Source: an uncultured Candidatus Saccharibacteria bacterium (GTDB taxonomy: Bacteria > Patescibacteriota > JABMPQ01 > JAQVVF01). From it: a stretch of DNA of 64,000 nucleotides. This document shows, piece by piece, positions 27,007 through 36,494 of this stretch. The translations under genes were made by a program, and so were the position numbers. The stretch covers positions 265,852-329,851 of the forward strand of contig CAZNOH010000001.1 of assembly GCA_964574655.1 (NCBI GenBank). Direction: 5' to 3'. Positions within the stretch are counted from its first letter, which is position 1. Every line of letters begins with the position of its first letter. The notes beneath the pieces were generated by a model, which did not search any database, was not told the origin of the DNA, and saw only the letters and a program-made list of their open reading frames with translations.

Positions 27007-27036
27007 AAAACCCGTCTTGATGGCGGGTTTTTTTTC
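27007..27036. terminator. Bidirectional rho-independent terminator (CCCGTC ttgat GGCGGG, A-run/T-run flanks)
   Basis: AAAACCCGTCTTGATGGCGGGTTTTTTTTT lies between the convergent PPIase gene and the minus-strand tRNA pair. Confidence 0.6.
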
Positions 27037-27086
27037 TACCTGGCTTTAGCCAAGGGGTCGGAAAGCTTTAGCTTTAGTTTACGGAA

Positions 27087-27158
27087 GCCGAAGGAGAGAA
27101 TCGAACTCTCGACCTCCACTTTACGAAAGTGTTGCTCTACCGACTGAGCTACTCCGGC
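27087..27158 (-). tRNA. tRNA-Thr (anticodon CGT)
   Basis: Reverse complement GCCGGAGTAGCTCAGTCGGTAGAGCAACACTTTCGTAAAGTGGAGGTCGAGAGTTCGATTCTCTCCTTCGGC folds as a cloverleaf; anticodon loop TTCGTAA; T-loop TTCGATT; no encoded CCA. Confidence 0.85.
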
Positions 27159-27170
27159 AATTTAAAATTA

Positions 27171-27240
27171 GCGAGTAATGAGAATCGAACTCACATATCT
27201 TGCTTGGGAAGCAGGCGCACTACCACTGTGCTATACTCGC
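27171..27240 (-). tRNA. tRNA-Gly (anticodon CCC)
   Basis: Reverse complement GCGAGTATAGCACAGTGGTAGTGCGCCTGCTTCCCAAGCAAGATATGTGAGTTCGATTCTCATTACTCGC; anticodon loop TTCCCAA; one C-A mismatch in the anticodon stem. Confidence 0.75.
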
Positions 27241-27350
27241 CCCGTACCAAGTTTCTGCTTTTATTGCTTTTAGCTTTGATTATAGTTTACTGAAATCAGA
27301 GCTACGGGCTTTAATCACCAGAAACTTGGTACGGGGCACGCATTAGAAGA

Positions 27351-27379
27351 ATTATAAATGATTTCAAAAAAAATGTAAA
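27351..27379 (-). promoter_or_regulatory. Putative sigma70 promoter for the tRNA-Gly/tRNA-Thr transcript (TTTACA, 17-nt spacer, TATAAT on the minus strand)
   Basis: Minus strand reads caatTTTACAttttttttgaaatcattTATAATtcttc, with a predicted TSS just upstream of the 19-bp hairpin leader. Confidence 0.4.
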
Positions 27380-27447
27380 TTGTGGTAAAATAGAAAATGT
27401 AGGGGTTCAAGATTTTGAATCCCTACCGATAAATTAAAATTAAAAAT

Positions 27448-28530
27448 ATGTTAGAACAAAAAGATGTAATAAAATTAAATCGTTTACAAAGCGATAAAGA
27501 AGATGTGGTAACAATTTATTTGAATTGCGATCAAAGGCGCTATAAGCCGGAAGAAATTGAAATAAAACTGAAAGATTTATTAAAAGTCGTTGAAGAAAAA
27601 CTAGGAGTTGAGGCGACAAAACAAGTTGAAGATTGGATTGATTTAAGGCTGGATAAAAGAGTCAGAGGCATGGCGTTTTATGCCTCGCCATCAAAGAATT
27701 TTTGGTCAATTTATAAATTTCCTTGTCCAATAAAATCCGGAGCCTATATTGAAAAAAATGTCCACATTGAGCAATTATTGCAAGTATTAGATGAATTAGA
27801 AAGATATTGTGTTGTTGTCTGTGATAAAGAAAAAGCAAAGATTTTTACAGTTTTTTTGGGCGTGATTCAGGATTTTAGTTATATTTTTGATGAATTTCCT
27901 GGAAAGCATGCTCAAGGTGGTTGGTCTCAGCAAGGAAATGCCTTACACATTGAAGAACATTTGCATCGCCATTTGAAAAAGATTAATGAGCAGTTATTCA
28001 AATTTTGGAAAGAAAGAGGATTCGACAGATTGATTTTAGCAGGCTCAAAAGAAATTTTGCCAGAATTAAGGAAGCTTTTGCATACAGAATTAAAAAATAG
28101 AGTTGTTGGCGAGTTTTTTACTGAATTATTCAAGTCTAATGAACATTTTTTGGAGCAGTCTTTAATAGTTGCGGAAAAAATAGAAAGAAAAAATGAAGCA
28201 ATGCTAGTTGAAGAATTGAATAATAGTTTGAATGGCAAGCTGGCAATTGCTGGACTAAAAAATGTTTTGGATGCAGCGCAAGAAAGAGATGTCAGAGTTT
28301 TATTATTAGATTCTAAACTAAGTACAACTGGCAAAAAATGTCCAAATTGTGATTTTTTAGGATTGGATGAAATTGTTTGCCCTTATTGCAGTTTTAAAAC
28401 AGAAGATGTTAAGGATATTGTTGATGAATTAGTACAAAAAGTTTTTAGCCATAAAGCAAAGATTGAATTTGTGGAAGATAACGAAACATTATCAGGATTG
28501 GGTGGGATTGGAGCGATGCTGCGTTTTTAG
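27448..28530 (+). CDS. Hypothetical protein with C-terminal CxxC...CxxC zinc ribbon; possibly eRF1/Pelota-like (baeRF) fold
   Basis: FPGKHAQGGWSQQG motif in the middle and C-terminal KCPNCDF...CPYCSF; no confident family assignment. Confidence 0.3.
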   Translation: MLEQKDVIKLNRLQSDKEDVVTIYLNCDQRRYKPEEIEIKLKDLLKVVEEKLGVEATKQVEDWIDLRLDKRVRGMAFYASPSKNFWSIYKFPCPIKSGAYIEKNVHIEQLLQVLDELERYCVVVCDKEKAKIFTVFLGVIQDFSYIFDEFPGKHAQGGWSQQGNALHIEEHLHRHLKKINEQLFKFWKERGFDRLILAGSKEILPELRKLLHTELKNRVVGEFFTELFKSNEHFLEQSLIVAEKIERKNEAMLVEELNNSLNGKLAIAGLKNVLDAAQERDVRVLLLDSKLSTTGKKCPNCDFLGLDEIVCPYCSFKTEDVKDIVDELVQKVFSHKAKIEFVEDNETLSGLGGIGAMLRF

Positions 28531-28573
28531 TTTTAAAGCTATAAAGTGGAATATTTAATATTTATTTAAAAAT

Positions 28574-29683
28574 ATGGTTTCTATAGCTAGAAAGAATCTA
28601 TTTGGTGAAAAAATTAGATTTATGATTTCTATTTTAGGAGTGGCTTTTTCAGCAATGCTTATTTTAATTATGTTGGCTTTGTATCAAGGATGGAATAAAA
28701 AAGTAGGAGAGTATATAGAGAATGTGGATACTGATTTTTGGGTTGTGAAGAAAGGTTCTACAGATATGTTTCATTCTATTTCTCTACTGCCAAACAGTTT
28801 AAAGCCAGAAATTGAATCTATCCCGGGTGTTGAATTAATATATCCTTTTGTTGGTTACAGGACGATTGTTAATTTTAATGGCCAGGAATTATTGACATTT
28901 ATTGTAGGTTATAATGCCACAGAAAAAATAGGAGGTCCGAAGAAAATTCTGGAAGGATCAGGTATTCCTAAAGAGAGTGAAATAATCATTGACCAAGTTT
29001 TTAGTAAAAGCAAAAAAATAAATCTTGGCGATAAATTAAAAATTGCTGATAAAGATTTTACAGTTTCTGGAATTAGTGAAGGATCAAATATGGCTTTTTT
29101 TCAGTTTTCTTTTATTGATTTTGATGAAGCAAAATCATTTTTTCAAGGCCAAGATATTTCAAATTATTTTCTTGTAAAAGTAAAACCAGGATATAACAAA
29201 GAAGAAGTAAATAAAAAAATCGAAGATGTTTCATCGGAAATTGTAGTTTTGACAAAGAGTGAATTTTCAGAAAAAAGTCGAAAGTTTTTAAAAGATGCAT
29301 TTGTTCCAATTCTTTTTGTTTTAGTAATAATTGCTTTTATTACCGGCGTTGTGGTAATTGGTCTAACAATTTATACGGCAACAATCGAGAAATCAAAAGA
29401 GTATGGAATGCTTAAAGCAATTGGCGCTTCGAATGGTGATTTATATCGAATTATTTTTCAGCAATCATTGCTTTCTGGCATAATCGGATTTGTGATTGGT
29501 GTAATATTTTCGCAAATTGCATCTTGGATAATAGGACAATATGTTCCAGAGTTTGTAACTATGTTTAACATTGCTGACATAATCTATGTTTTTTTGGCAT
29601 CAATTTTGATGAGTATATTGGCAGCTTATGTTCCAGTTAGAAGAATTGCAAAAATTGATCCGGCTTTAGTTTTTAAATCTTAA
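28574..29683 (+). CDS. ABC transporter permease, FtsX/MacB-like
   Basis: N-terminal TM, large periplasmic domain and a C-terminal 3-TM FtsX domain (LKAIGASNGDLYRIIFQQSLLSGIIGFVIG). Confidence 0.8.
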   Translation: MVSIARKNLFGEKIRFMISILGVAFSAMLILIMLALYQGWNKKVGEYIENVDTDFWVVKKGSTDMFHSISLLPNSLKPEIESIPGVELIYPFVGYRTIVNFNGQELLTFIVGYNATEKIGGPKKILEGSGIPKESEIIIDQVFSKSKKINLGDKLKIADKDFTVSGISEGSNMAFFQFSFIDFDEAKSFFQGQDISNYFLVKVKPGYNKEEVNKKIEDVSSEIVVLTKSEFSEKSRKFLKDAFVPILFVLVIIAFITGVVVIGLTIYTATIEKSKEYGMLKAIGASNGDLYRIIFQQSLLSGIIGFVIGVIFSQIASWIIGQYVPEFVTMFNIADIIYVFLASILMSILAAYVPVRRIAKIDPALVFKS

Positions 29684-29687
29684 ATAA

Positions 29688-30533
29688 ATGGAAAATATAT
29701 TAGATTTGTATAACGTGACAAAAGTTTTCGGCAAAGACAGAACGGAAATTTTGGCTGTTGATAATGTTGACTTGGAATTAAAAAAAGGGGAAATTGTTTT
29801 GATAATGGGGCCAAGTGGTTCAGGAAAAACTACTTTACTTAGCATGGCTGGTTCTTTACTTCAGCCAACAAAAGGAAAAATATTTTTGCAAGGTGAGGAA
29901 ATAACAAATTTGTCGGAAAGAAAACTGCCTTTTGTTAGAAGAAAGAAGATTGGTTTTATTTTTCAATCTTTTAATCTTTTAGAAAATCTGACAGCTTTGG
30001 AAAATGTTGAAATTGCATTGGAATTAGCGAAAATAAAATCTAAAGAGGCTAAAGATAAAGCAAAAAAACTTTTGCAGTCAGTTGGATTGGGAGAACGATT
30101 AAATCACAAACCGAGTGAACTTTCTGGCGGAGAAAAACAGAGAGTTGCTATTGCTCGGGCTTTGGCAAATGATCCTGATATTATTTTGGCTGATGAGCCG
30201 ACTGGAAATTTAGATACAAAAGCAGGCCATGATATTCTGATGTATATTTTTAAGATTGCTAAAGATAAAGGCAAAGCAGTGTTAATTGTTAGCCATGATC
30301 TTAGAATAATGGATGTAGCTGATAGAGTTTTGTGGCTGGAAGATGGAAAATTGAGCCAGCGTAAAAAGGAAGAAGAGTCAGAAGTAAGAGATTTAGTTTG
30401 CGGAATGCATATTAAAAAGCGTGAAGCAGGCTGGGTAAGTTATTATCAAGGTATTGATTATTATTTTGATTCATCTGACTGTAAGAATAAATTTGATGAA
30501 AATCCTGAAAATTACGTTAATAAAAAAGAATAA
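29688..30533 (+). CDS. ABC transporter ATP-binding protein (MacB/LolD type) with C-terminal YHS metal-binding domain
   Basis: Walker A GPSGSGKTT, signature LSGGEKQRVAIARAL, Walker B ILADEPTGNLD; C-terminal VCGMHIKK...YYFDSSDCKNKFDENPENY matches the YHS domain. Confidence 0.85.
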   Translation: MENILDLYNVTKVFGKDRTEILAVDNVDLELKKGEIVLIMGPSGSGKTTLLSMAGSLLQPTKGKIFLQGEEITNLSERKLPFVRRKKIGFIFQSFNLLENLTALENVEIALELAKIKSKEAKDKAKKLLQSVGLGERLNHKPSELSGGEKQRVAIARALANDPDIILADEPTGNLDTKAGHDILMYIFKIAKDKGKAVLIVSHDLRIMDVADRVLWLEDGKLSQRKKEEESEVRDLVCGMHIKKREAGWVSYYQGIDYYFDSSDCKNKFDENPENYVNKKE

Positions 30534-30567
30534 AGATAAATGCTTGTAAAATTTTTATCTAATTATT

Positions 30568-31461
30568 ATGAAGCCAATTGAACAAGACAAATTGTTATAT
30601 CCAGAGATTTTAGCTCCCAGACCAAAAGAGGCGCATAAAAAGTCTGTTGGCAGTGTGATGATTGTTGCTGGTTCAGAAGGAATGTCTGGAGCAGCGACTT
30701 TGTGTTGTGAAGCAGCAATGCGGGCTGGAGCAGGCATTGTTTTGTTGGCATTTCCAAAAAGTTTGAATGATATCTATACAAGATTAATTCCAGAAGTTTT
30801 GACTTTGCCAAGTGACGAAACAAAAGATAAAACTTTGGCATTATCATCTTTTGATAAAATTTTGGAAGCAGCAAAAAAATACGATGTTATTTTAATAGGT
30901 CCAGGTTTATCTCAACATGAAGAAACAAGGCATTTGATTTGCAAATTATTTAAAGGACTAAAAGATTTGCAAAAAAATGTTGTTTTGGATGCTGATGGCT
31001 TGAATGCTTTTTCCGGCCATGTAGAGCTTTTAACAGAATGGGGAGATAACAAAACTGTTTTACTGCCTCATGCTGGTGAAATGGCAAGGCTTTGTAATTT
31101 AGATGTTGATAATGTTCAAAGAGACCGTGAATGGTTAGTCAGAAAAAAAGCAAAAAAATGGAAAAGCATATTGGTGATAAAAGGCTATGAAACTGTTATT
31201 TCAAATGGAGATAAAGTTATAATTAATAAATCAGGCGGACCTGAATTGGCAACTGCTGGAACAGGCGATGCTTTGGCTGGCATGGTTTCTGCTTTTTGGG
31301 CGGGAAATATTAATTCGTATTTTGAAGCAGTGGCAACAGCTGTTTTTTTGCATGGATTAGCTGGGGAGATGGTTAGCGAGAAATTGGGTGAAAGATCTGT
31401 TTTGGCGACTGATGTAATTGATATGTTGCCAGAGGCCATAAAACAGTCCTTAAAGTTGTAA
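30568..31461 (+). CDS. ADP-dependent NAD(P)H-hydrate dehydratase (YjeF C-terminal/Nnr2 family)
   Basis: VMIVAGSEGMSGAATLCCEAAMRAGAGIV, VLDADGLNA, LLPHAGEMARL and ATAGTGDALAGMVSAFWAG. Confidence 0.85.
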   Translation: MKPIEQDKLLYPEILAPRPKEAHKKSVGSVMIVAGSEGMSGAATLCCEAAMRAGAGIVLLAFPKSLNDIYTRLIPEVLTLPSDETKDKTLALSSFDKILEAAKKYDVILIGPGLSQHEETRHLICKLFKGLKDLQKNVVLDADGLNAFSGHVELLTEWGDNKTVLLPHAGEMARLCNLDVDNVQRDREWLVRKKAKKWKSILVIKGYETVISNGDKVIINKSGGPELATAGTGDALAGMVSAFWAGNINSYFEAVATAVFLHGLAGEMVSEKLGERSVLATDVIDMLPEAIKQSLKL

Positions 31462-31523
31462 AGTATGCTAAACTGTTTTATTGTTCTGTGTTTTAGTGTT
31501 TAAAGTGTTTGATTGTTAAAAGG

Positions 31524-31553
31524 CAATAAAAAAACCGAAATGAATCGGTTTAA
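31524..31553. terminator. Bidirectional terminator hairpin (AACCGA aatgaa TCGGTT) between convergent genes
   Basis: A-run upstream and T-rich tract downstream; sits between the 30568..31461 (+) and 31559..32632 (-) genes. Confidence 0.5.
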
Positions 31554-31558
31554 ATGAG

Positions 31559-32632
31559 CTACCAGTCAAGATCTGGATTAGTGAAGTCAATTTGTTTTCT
31601 ACGTAAAAAGGGAATGAGTTCGTGGATAGAACATTGTTTTAAGTATTCTGGACTAATTTTTTTACCTTTTCGTTTTGATGCTTCGAATATTAGAAAAATA
31701 TCGTTATCAGTCATTAGCGCTAATAGCAAGGCAGGATCAATTTCTTTTACGTTACGTTGCAAATAATCGTGAACAATTTCTAGAATTTGTCTGGTGTTTG
31801 CAAGATTGGTTAAGGGGTAGATATCGTACATTTCTTGTTTGATGGCATTAAGCAAATGAGAGGCTTCAGAGATGGAAAAAGAGAGAGATCCTTGTTCAGC
31901 TGATTCGAGACAAACATGATATGTGAAGAAATTGATTCTTGTTCTTTGGTTGTGTCCGCATTGTTGTACTAATTTTTGCAATTTAGGATAACTTGTTAAT
32001 TTGAAACCAATTCTTTCAAAAATATCATTGAAGTTGCCAAAGGTATTGGCAATAGTGTCGGCAAGCCGAACAGTATTGATTTCTGGAAGAAGAGATGGTT
32101 CTACGTATCCAGTGTCTTTGCCTAAAGAATGATGCAGAAATCCTTGAAGCACTTGGTGAGTTAGAAAAAGTCCTTGGCCTTTGCGTTCAATGTGTTGAGC
32201 TATAATAACGTTCATTTTTTCATGGCGAAATGGTTTTCCAGTTATTTGAGCAATGAATGATTCTCCGGGGTGTCCTAAAGGCGTGTGCCCTATATCGTGG
32301 CCCAACCCAATTGCGAAAGCTAATTCTGAATTCAATCCAAGGATTTGACAGATTGTGGAAGCAACTTGAGCGACTTCTAAGCTGTGGGTGAGACGAGAGC
32401 GGATGTGAACATTGGTTTTATGAGAAAAAACATGAGTTTTAGAAGCTAATCTTCTTAAAGCTTTGCTTTGCAAGATTTTTACTCTGGCATCAGTGAAAAA
32501 TGGAGGTAAGCAATTTACAAGCAGTTGGTTTTGATCTGAAGATTCATTTCTACGGCGAGCGCTTTTGTTCGGAGTTCTGAAGCGGCTAAGACAATTTCTG
32601 CAAGCTTGAAGTTTTTGCGGATCTATCTGCAT
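31559..32632 (-). CDS. dGTPase-like HD-domain triphosphohydrolase
   Basis: RSRLTHSLEVAQVASTI...GLGHDIGHTPLGHPGE HD motif arrangement characteristic of the dGTP triphosphohydrolase family. Confidence 0.75.
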   Translation of the reverse strand: MQIDPQKLQACRNCLSRFRTPNKSARRRNESSDQNQLLVNCLPPFFTDARVKILQSKALRRLASKTHVFSHKTNVHIRSRLTHSLEVAQVASTICQILGLNSELAFAIGLGHDIGHTPLGHPGESFIAQITGKPFRHEKMNVIIAQHIERKGQGLFLTHQVLQGFLHHSLGKDTGYVEPSLLPEINTVRLADTIANTFGNFNDIFERIGFKLTSYPKLQKLVQQCGHNQRTRINFFTYHVCLESAEQGSLSFSISEASHLLNAIKQEMYDIYPLTNLANTRQILEIVHDYLQRNVKEIDPALLLALMTDNDIFLIFEASKRKGKKISPEYLKQCSIHELIPFLRRKQIDFTNPDLDW

Positions 32633-32734
32633 TTTCTCCTCCTTGTGTTGTGAATGAACAATTATCTAAGTTTAGTCTAAAAATTTTATTTGGTCAAATG
32701 ACGAAAATTGTTAAATTGTTAAATTGTTAAAGCG

Positions 32735-33562
32735 ATGGCGAAATTTTCAAAAAACTTTTTTATTTATGAAGCTGTTTTATTTCTAGTAACTCAGTTTTTA
32801 GGTTTATATTTGGGTTGGCGATTATTTCAAATCGAAGAAATAAAAGAATTAGTGGCAAAGCAATCTTATTCATTGTGGCAATTCTTGATTGCCTTTTTTG
32901 TTGGAACTGTAGTTGTATTATTGATAATAAAATATGCAAAAAGTAGAATTATATTTTCTGGCTTTTTTTATGTTTTATTATTTTTAGGTTGCTTGGCTTT
33001 TTTTGATGTTTTTACTTTAGGCTATTTAGGATTAGGCTTGGCTTTGATAGTTGTATTGTTGCGAAGATTTATGCCTTCAGTTTTGACGCATAACTTGGCA
33101 ATTATATTAGCAATTTCTGGAATCAGCTCTTATATTGGTTTGTCTTTTTTGCCTTTGCAAATAATTATTATGCTGGTTATTTTGTCTATTTATGATTTTA
33201 TTGCGGTTTTCAAGACCAAGCATATGGTTGTGATGTTTAAGAAAATGATGGAAAATGGCGCTAATCTCACAATTATTGTGCCAAATAGATTAGTCGGTTT
33301 TTTATCTGGAATTGATAAAATAAAGCCAGGTGGAGATTTCATGTTTTTAGGAACTGGAGATTTGGCTTTCCCAATTATTTTTGCGGTTTCGGTGTTGAGA
33401 GATAATGTTATAAGTTCTATATTAATAATAATTGGAGCTTTGTTAGGAGTGCTGGCAATTAATATTTATTTTTATTTTATAAAAGAACGAAGGGCATTTC
33501 CGGCATTGCCTTCGATAACGATTGGTTGCATAATTGGATATCTGGTTTCGCTAATATTTTGA
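32735..33562 (+). CDS. Presenilin/signal-peptide-peptidase-like intramembrane aspartyl protease (A22 family, GxGD type)
   Basis: Polytopic membrane protein with LSIYDF (YD), FLGTGDLAFP (GxGD) and FPALPS (PAL) motifs in the canonical order. Confidence 0.6.
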   Translation: MAKFSKNFFIYEAVLFLVTQFLGLYLGWRLFQIEEIKELVAKQSYSLWQFLIAFFVGTVVVLLIIKYAKSRIIFSGFFYVLLFLGCLAFFDVFTLGYLGLGLALIVVLLRRFMPSVLTHNLAIILAISGISSYIGLSFLPLQIIIMLVILSIYDFIAVFKTKHMVVMFKKMMENGANLTIIVPNRLVGFLSGIDKIKPGGDFMFLGTGDLAFPIIFAVSVLRDNVISSILIIIGALLGVLAINIYFYFIKERRAFPALPSITIGCIIGYLVSLIF

Positions 33563-33632
33563 TATTCGGATATTGCGGACTAGATATTCGGATATTATGG
33601 ATATTCGGAAATTATTCTTAATTTAAATTTTT

Positions 33633-34226
33633 ATGAATAAATTACCAAGTTTGTCGGAAATTAAAAATTTAATGCAAAAAATTGCCAAAGAAAATGGCGT
33701 TTTAGAACAAGTTGACGAGACTTGGGATCATGAAACTAGGGTTTGGAATTTTTCCAAAAAGATTGCAGATTTAGTAATTAATAATGGTTATAAAGTTGAT
33801 TTGGATTTTTTGAAAATTGCATGCTATGTTCATGATTTAGGAAGAATGGTCTCTGGAAGTAAGGCTTCTAAAGAATTAGAGCCAGTAATTTTTCATGGAT
33901 TAAGGGGGTATGAATTGGCAAAGGAACAAGGCTGGCCTGAAAAATTAGCGCGAGCTTGCATTCGGCATATGGGAGGAATCGGGCAGACAAAAGAAGTAAA
34001 TAAGGAGATAGGTTTAGGTAATAAAGATACTCTAGCTAAGACAATTGAAGAAAAAATTCTAGCTTATTCAGATTGTCGGACTTTTTTCAATGAAGAAAAA
34101 GGTAAAGCTGATATTTATCCTTTTAGAGTTGCTTATAATAGGTTTAAAATATATCCGAGAGTCGGAGAATTACTGAAGAAAAATAAAGAGTTTATTGATA
34201 AAATAACTGGTGGCAAAGTGGATTAA
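33633..34226 (+). CDS. HD-domain phosphohydrolase
   Basis: ACYVHDLGR...HGLRGYELA...CIRHMGG motif pattern (H...HD...H...H...D). Confidence 0.6.
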   Translation: MNKLPSLSEIKNLMQKIAKENGVLEQVDETWDHETRVWNFSKKIADLVINNGYKVDLDFLKIACYVHDLGRMVSGSKASKELEPVIFHGLRGYELAKEQGWPEKLARACIRHMGGIGQTKEVNKEIGLGNKDTLAKTIEEKILAYSDCRTFFNEEKGKADIYPFRVAYNRFKIYPRVGELLKKNKEFIDKITGGKVD

Positions 34227-34293
34227 AATGTGATATAATAAAAAAAATATATTGTTTTATTGCTTCATTGTTTCATTGTCAACAATTTAACAA

Positions 34294-36444
34294 TTGGGCA
34301 ATTTAACAATTATTAAAAACAAAATGACAAAATTAAGCAAACTTTTTATTTGGAGTGCTTTTTTTGTGTCGTTGGTTTTTGGAATAGCTAACATTTCTTT
34401 TGCTAGGACTTGGATGCAGAGTGGGACAGAAGGCATGGGAGACACAAATAATAAAGGTTTTTATGGGTTTGAACAATTGGTTGGACAGCTTTTTGTAGGT
34501 ACATATAATAATACTGCTGGTGCACAAGTTTTTAGTTCTCCGGATGGGATAAATTGGCTTAGAGTAAGTACTGGTGGTTTGGGCGATGTTAATAATCAGG
34601 CTTATAATGGAGGCCATGTTGTTTTTAATAATAATGTTTATGTTTGTACTAGGAATCCGTTTTCGGGAACTGAAATGTGGAGAGTACCGACTTCAGGGAT
34701 ACTTTATGCTGCTCAAGTGAATACTGATGGTTTTGGTAAGGGAGCGGCTAATACTTTATGCATGGCAATAAAAGAGTATAAAGGAATGCTTTATACTGGT
34801 ACTGAAAATATAGGAAATGGCGGTGAATTATATGTTAGTGGCGGAGATACTACATGGACTCAAGTTGGAGCAAACGGATTTGGCGATACTAATAATGTAA
34901 TTTTTGAATCTTTAGAAGTTTTTGGTAATTATTTATATTTAGGAACATATAATGCAGTGACTGGAGGAGAGGTTTGGAGAACAGCTGATGGAGTGATTTG
35001 GTCCCAAGTTAATGTTGATGGTTTTGGCAATAATTTAAATATTGGAGTTTTGACGCTTAAATCTTTTGGAAATTATCTTTATGCTGGAACTGGAAACATA
35101 ATGACTGGTGGAGAGATCTGGAGAAGTAGTGATGGACTTAATTGGCAAAAAACTAGTTTTAGTAGTGTTTATGATTTTTCTGTTTCTGGAATGTATGAGG
35201 CTGGGGATCGTTTATTTGTTGGAACTCAAAATGTGGTTAATGGGGCAGCAATATTTGAAACGACTGATGGTCAAGTTTGGACGCAGACTAATCAGGGTGG
35301 TTTTGGCGTGGCAGGTATTCTGGGTTTATTTGCGGTAAGAGATTTTGGCTTAATGGGAGATTATTTATATGCTGGCGCGAACACTAATTTTTTGAGTCCG
35401 ATTGGCGGCAGAGTTTATAAGGCTGATGTGATTGCGCCAACTATAACAGCTAGTCCAGATAATAAAGTTTCCAGGAAAAAAATTAAAGTGACATTATCAA
35501 GCAATGACAGTTCTGGCTCAATTTATTATACAATTGATGGTTCTGAGCCTTCTATTGCTTCAACAAAATATTCAAAGACATTAACTTTTAAAAAGACTAA
35601 AATATTAAAATTTATTGGCGTGGATATAGAAGGAAATATCAGCAGTGTTTCAACAAAATATTTTATTGTAACAAGTTATCCGTATTTATATAATGCAAAT
35701 AAAGAATTGCGGGAGAAAAATGGGACGATAGAGTTTTATAATATTTCAACAGGAAAATATGGCAAGAAATTTAAGCCATTTTCTTCTGGCTTGAAATATT
35801 TTACAGTTGCTGATCCGAATCAAGATAATAAAACAGAAATTATTGCAAATAATGGAAGTGAAATTAAGGTTTATAATTCCAAAAGAAAATTAAAATATAC
35901 TTTGAATATTTCTAATGATTATTTGGCATTTGGTGATATTGATAATAGTAAAAAAGAAAAAACTTTAATTGCTAAAGCCAAGATTTTGAAAATTTATAAT
36001 AAAATAAGCTTGGTTAAAACATTTAATTTTTCAGAAAACATAAAAAATATTGCAGTTGGCAGGGTGTTGAAATATGATCAGCCTTTAATAATTATTGGCT
36101 TTGATAACAAAATTAAATTATACCAATACAAAAATAGCAGCTTGGTTTTGAAAAAAACAAAAACTTTAGTTTACAGTAAATTAATGGCTTATGATTTAGA
36201 TACTGATGGTTTAGATAACATAATGTATTCTAAAAATAATAGAGTCTATGTTTTGAATAAAAAATTAAAGAAAAAGTTTTCTTTTAAGGGAGGTTCAAGT
36301 TTTTTGTCTGTAGCTGATGTTAATTCTGATTATTTATTAGAAACATTGGTTAGTACTGGAAAGAAATTAAAGACTTATTCAAACATAGGAATATTATTAT
36401 CATCAAAAAAAGATTTAGGAAAATGGCAAGGGGTAAAATTTTAG
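34294..36444 (+). CDS. Secreted repeat protein (beta-propeller-like GNYLYLGTYN..GGE.WR repeats plus chitobiase/Fn3-like segment)
   Basis: Signal peptide; about 7 repeats with YxGT...GGEIWR; central IYYTIDGSEPSIASTKY resembles the chitobiase/hexosaminidase C-terminal (CHB_HEX_C-like) motif. Confidence 0.45.
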   Translation: MGNLTIIKNKMTKLSKLFIWSAFFVSLVFGIANISFARTWMQSGTEGMGDTNNKGFYGFEQLVGQLFVGTYNNTAGAQVFSSPDGINWLRVSTGGLGDVNNQAYNGGHVVFNNNVYVCTRNPFSGTEMWRVPTSGILYAAQVNTDGFGKGAANTLCMAIKEYKGMLYTGTENIGNGGELYVSGGDTTWTQVGANGFGDTNNVIFESLEVFGNYLYLGTYNAVTGGEVWRTADGVIWSQVNVDGFGNNLNIGVLTLKSFGNYLYAGTGNIMTGGEIWRSSDGLNWQKTSFSSVYDFSVSGMYEAGDRLFVGTQNVVNGAAIFETTDGQVWTQTNQGGFGVAGILGLFAVRDFGLMGDYLYAGANTNFLSPIGGRVYKADVIAPTITASPDNKVSRKKIKVTLSSNDSSGSIYYTIDGSEPSIASTKYSKTLTFKKTKILKFIGVDIEGNISSVSTKYFIVTSYPYLYNANKELREKNGTIEFYNISTGKYGKKFKPFSSGLKYFTVADPNQDNKTEIIANNGSEIKVYNSKRKLKYTLNISNDYLAFGDIDNSKKEKTLIAKAKILKIYNKISLVKTFNFSENIKNIAVGRVLKYDQPLIIIGFDNKIKLYQYKNSSLVLKKTKTLVYSKLMAYDLDTDGLDNIMYSKNNRVYVLNKKLKKKFSFKGGSSFLSVADVNSDYLLETLVSTGKKLKTYSNIGILLSSKKDLGKWQGVKF

Positions 36445-36457
36445 CACTAGATTTCTC

Positions 36458-36486
36458 TTGACACTTATTTTGACTTAGCGTATTAT
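36458..36486 (+). promoter_or_regulatory. Sigma70-like promoter (TTGACA, 17-nt spacer, TATTAT) driving a leader ORF plus terminator
   Basis: TTGACA at 36458-36463 and TATTAT at 36481-36486; the leader ATG at 36495 is near the predicted TSS. Confidence 0.4.
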
Positions 36487-36494
36487 TTAAAGTG

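Noticed and set aside
27171-27240. Doubt about tRNA-Gly(CCC) because of a C-A mismatch in the anticodon stem
   Set aside because: Kept as a tRNA: acceptor, D and T arms and the TTCCCAA loop are canonical, and the plus-strand alternative lacks a T-loop. The mismatch is noted but is insufficient to reject the call.
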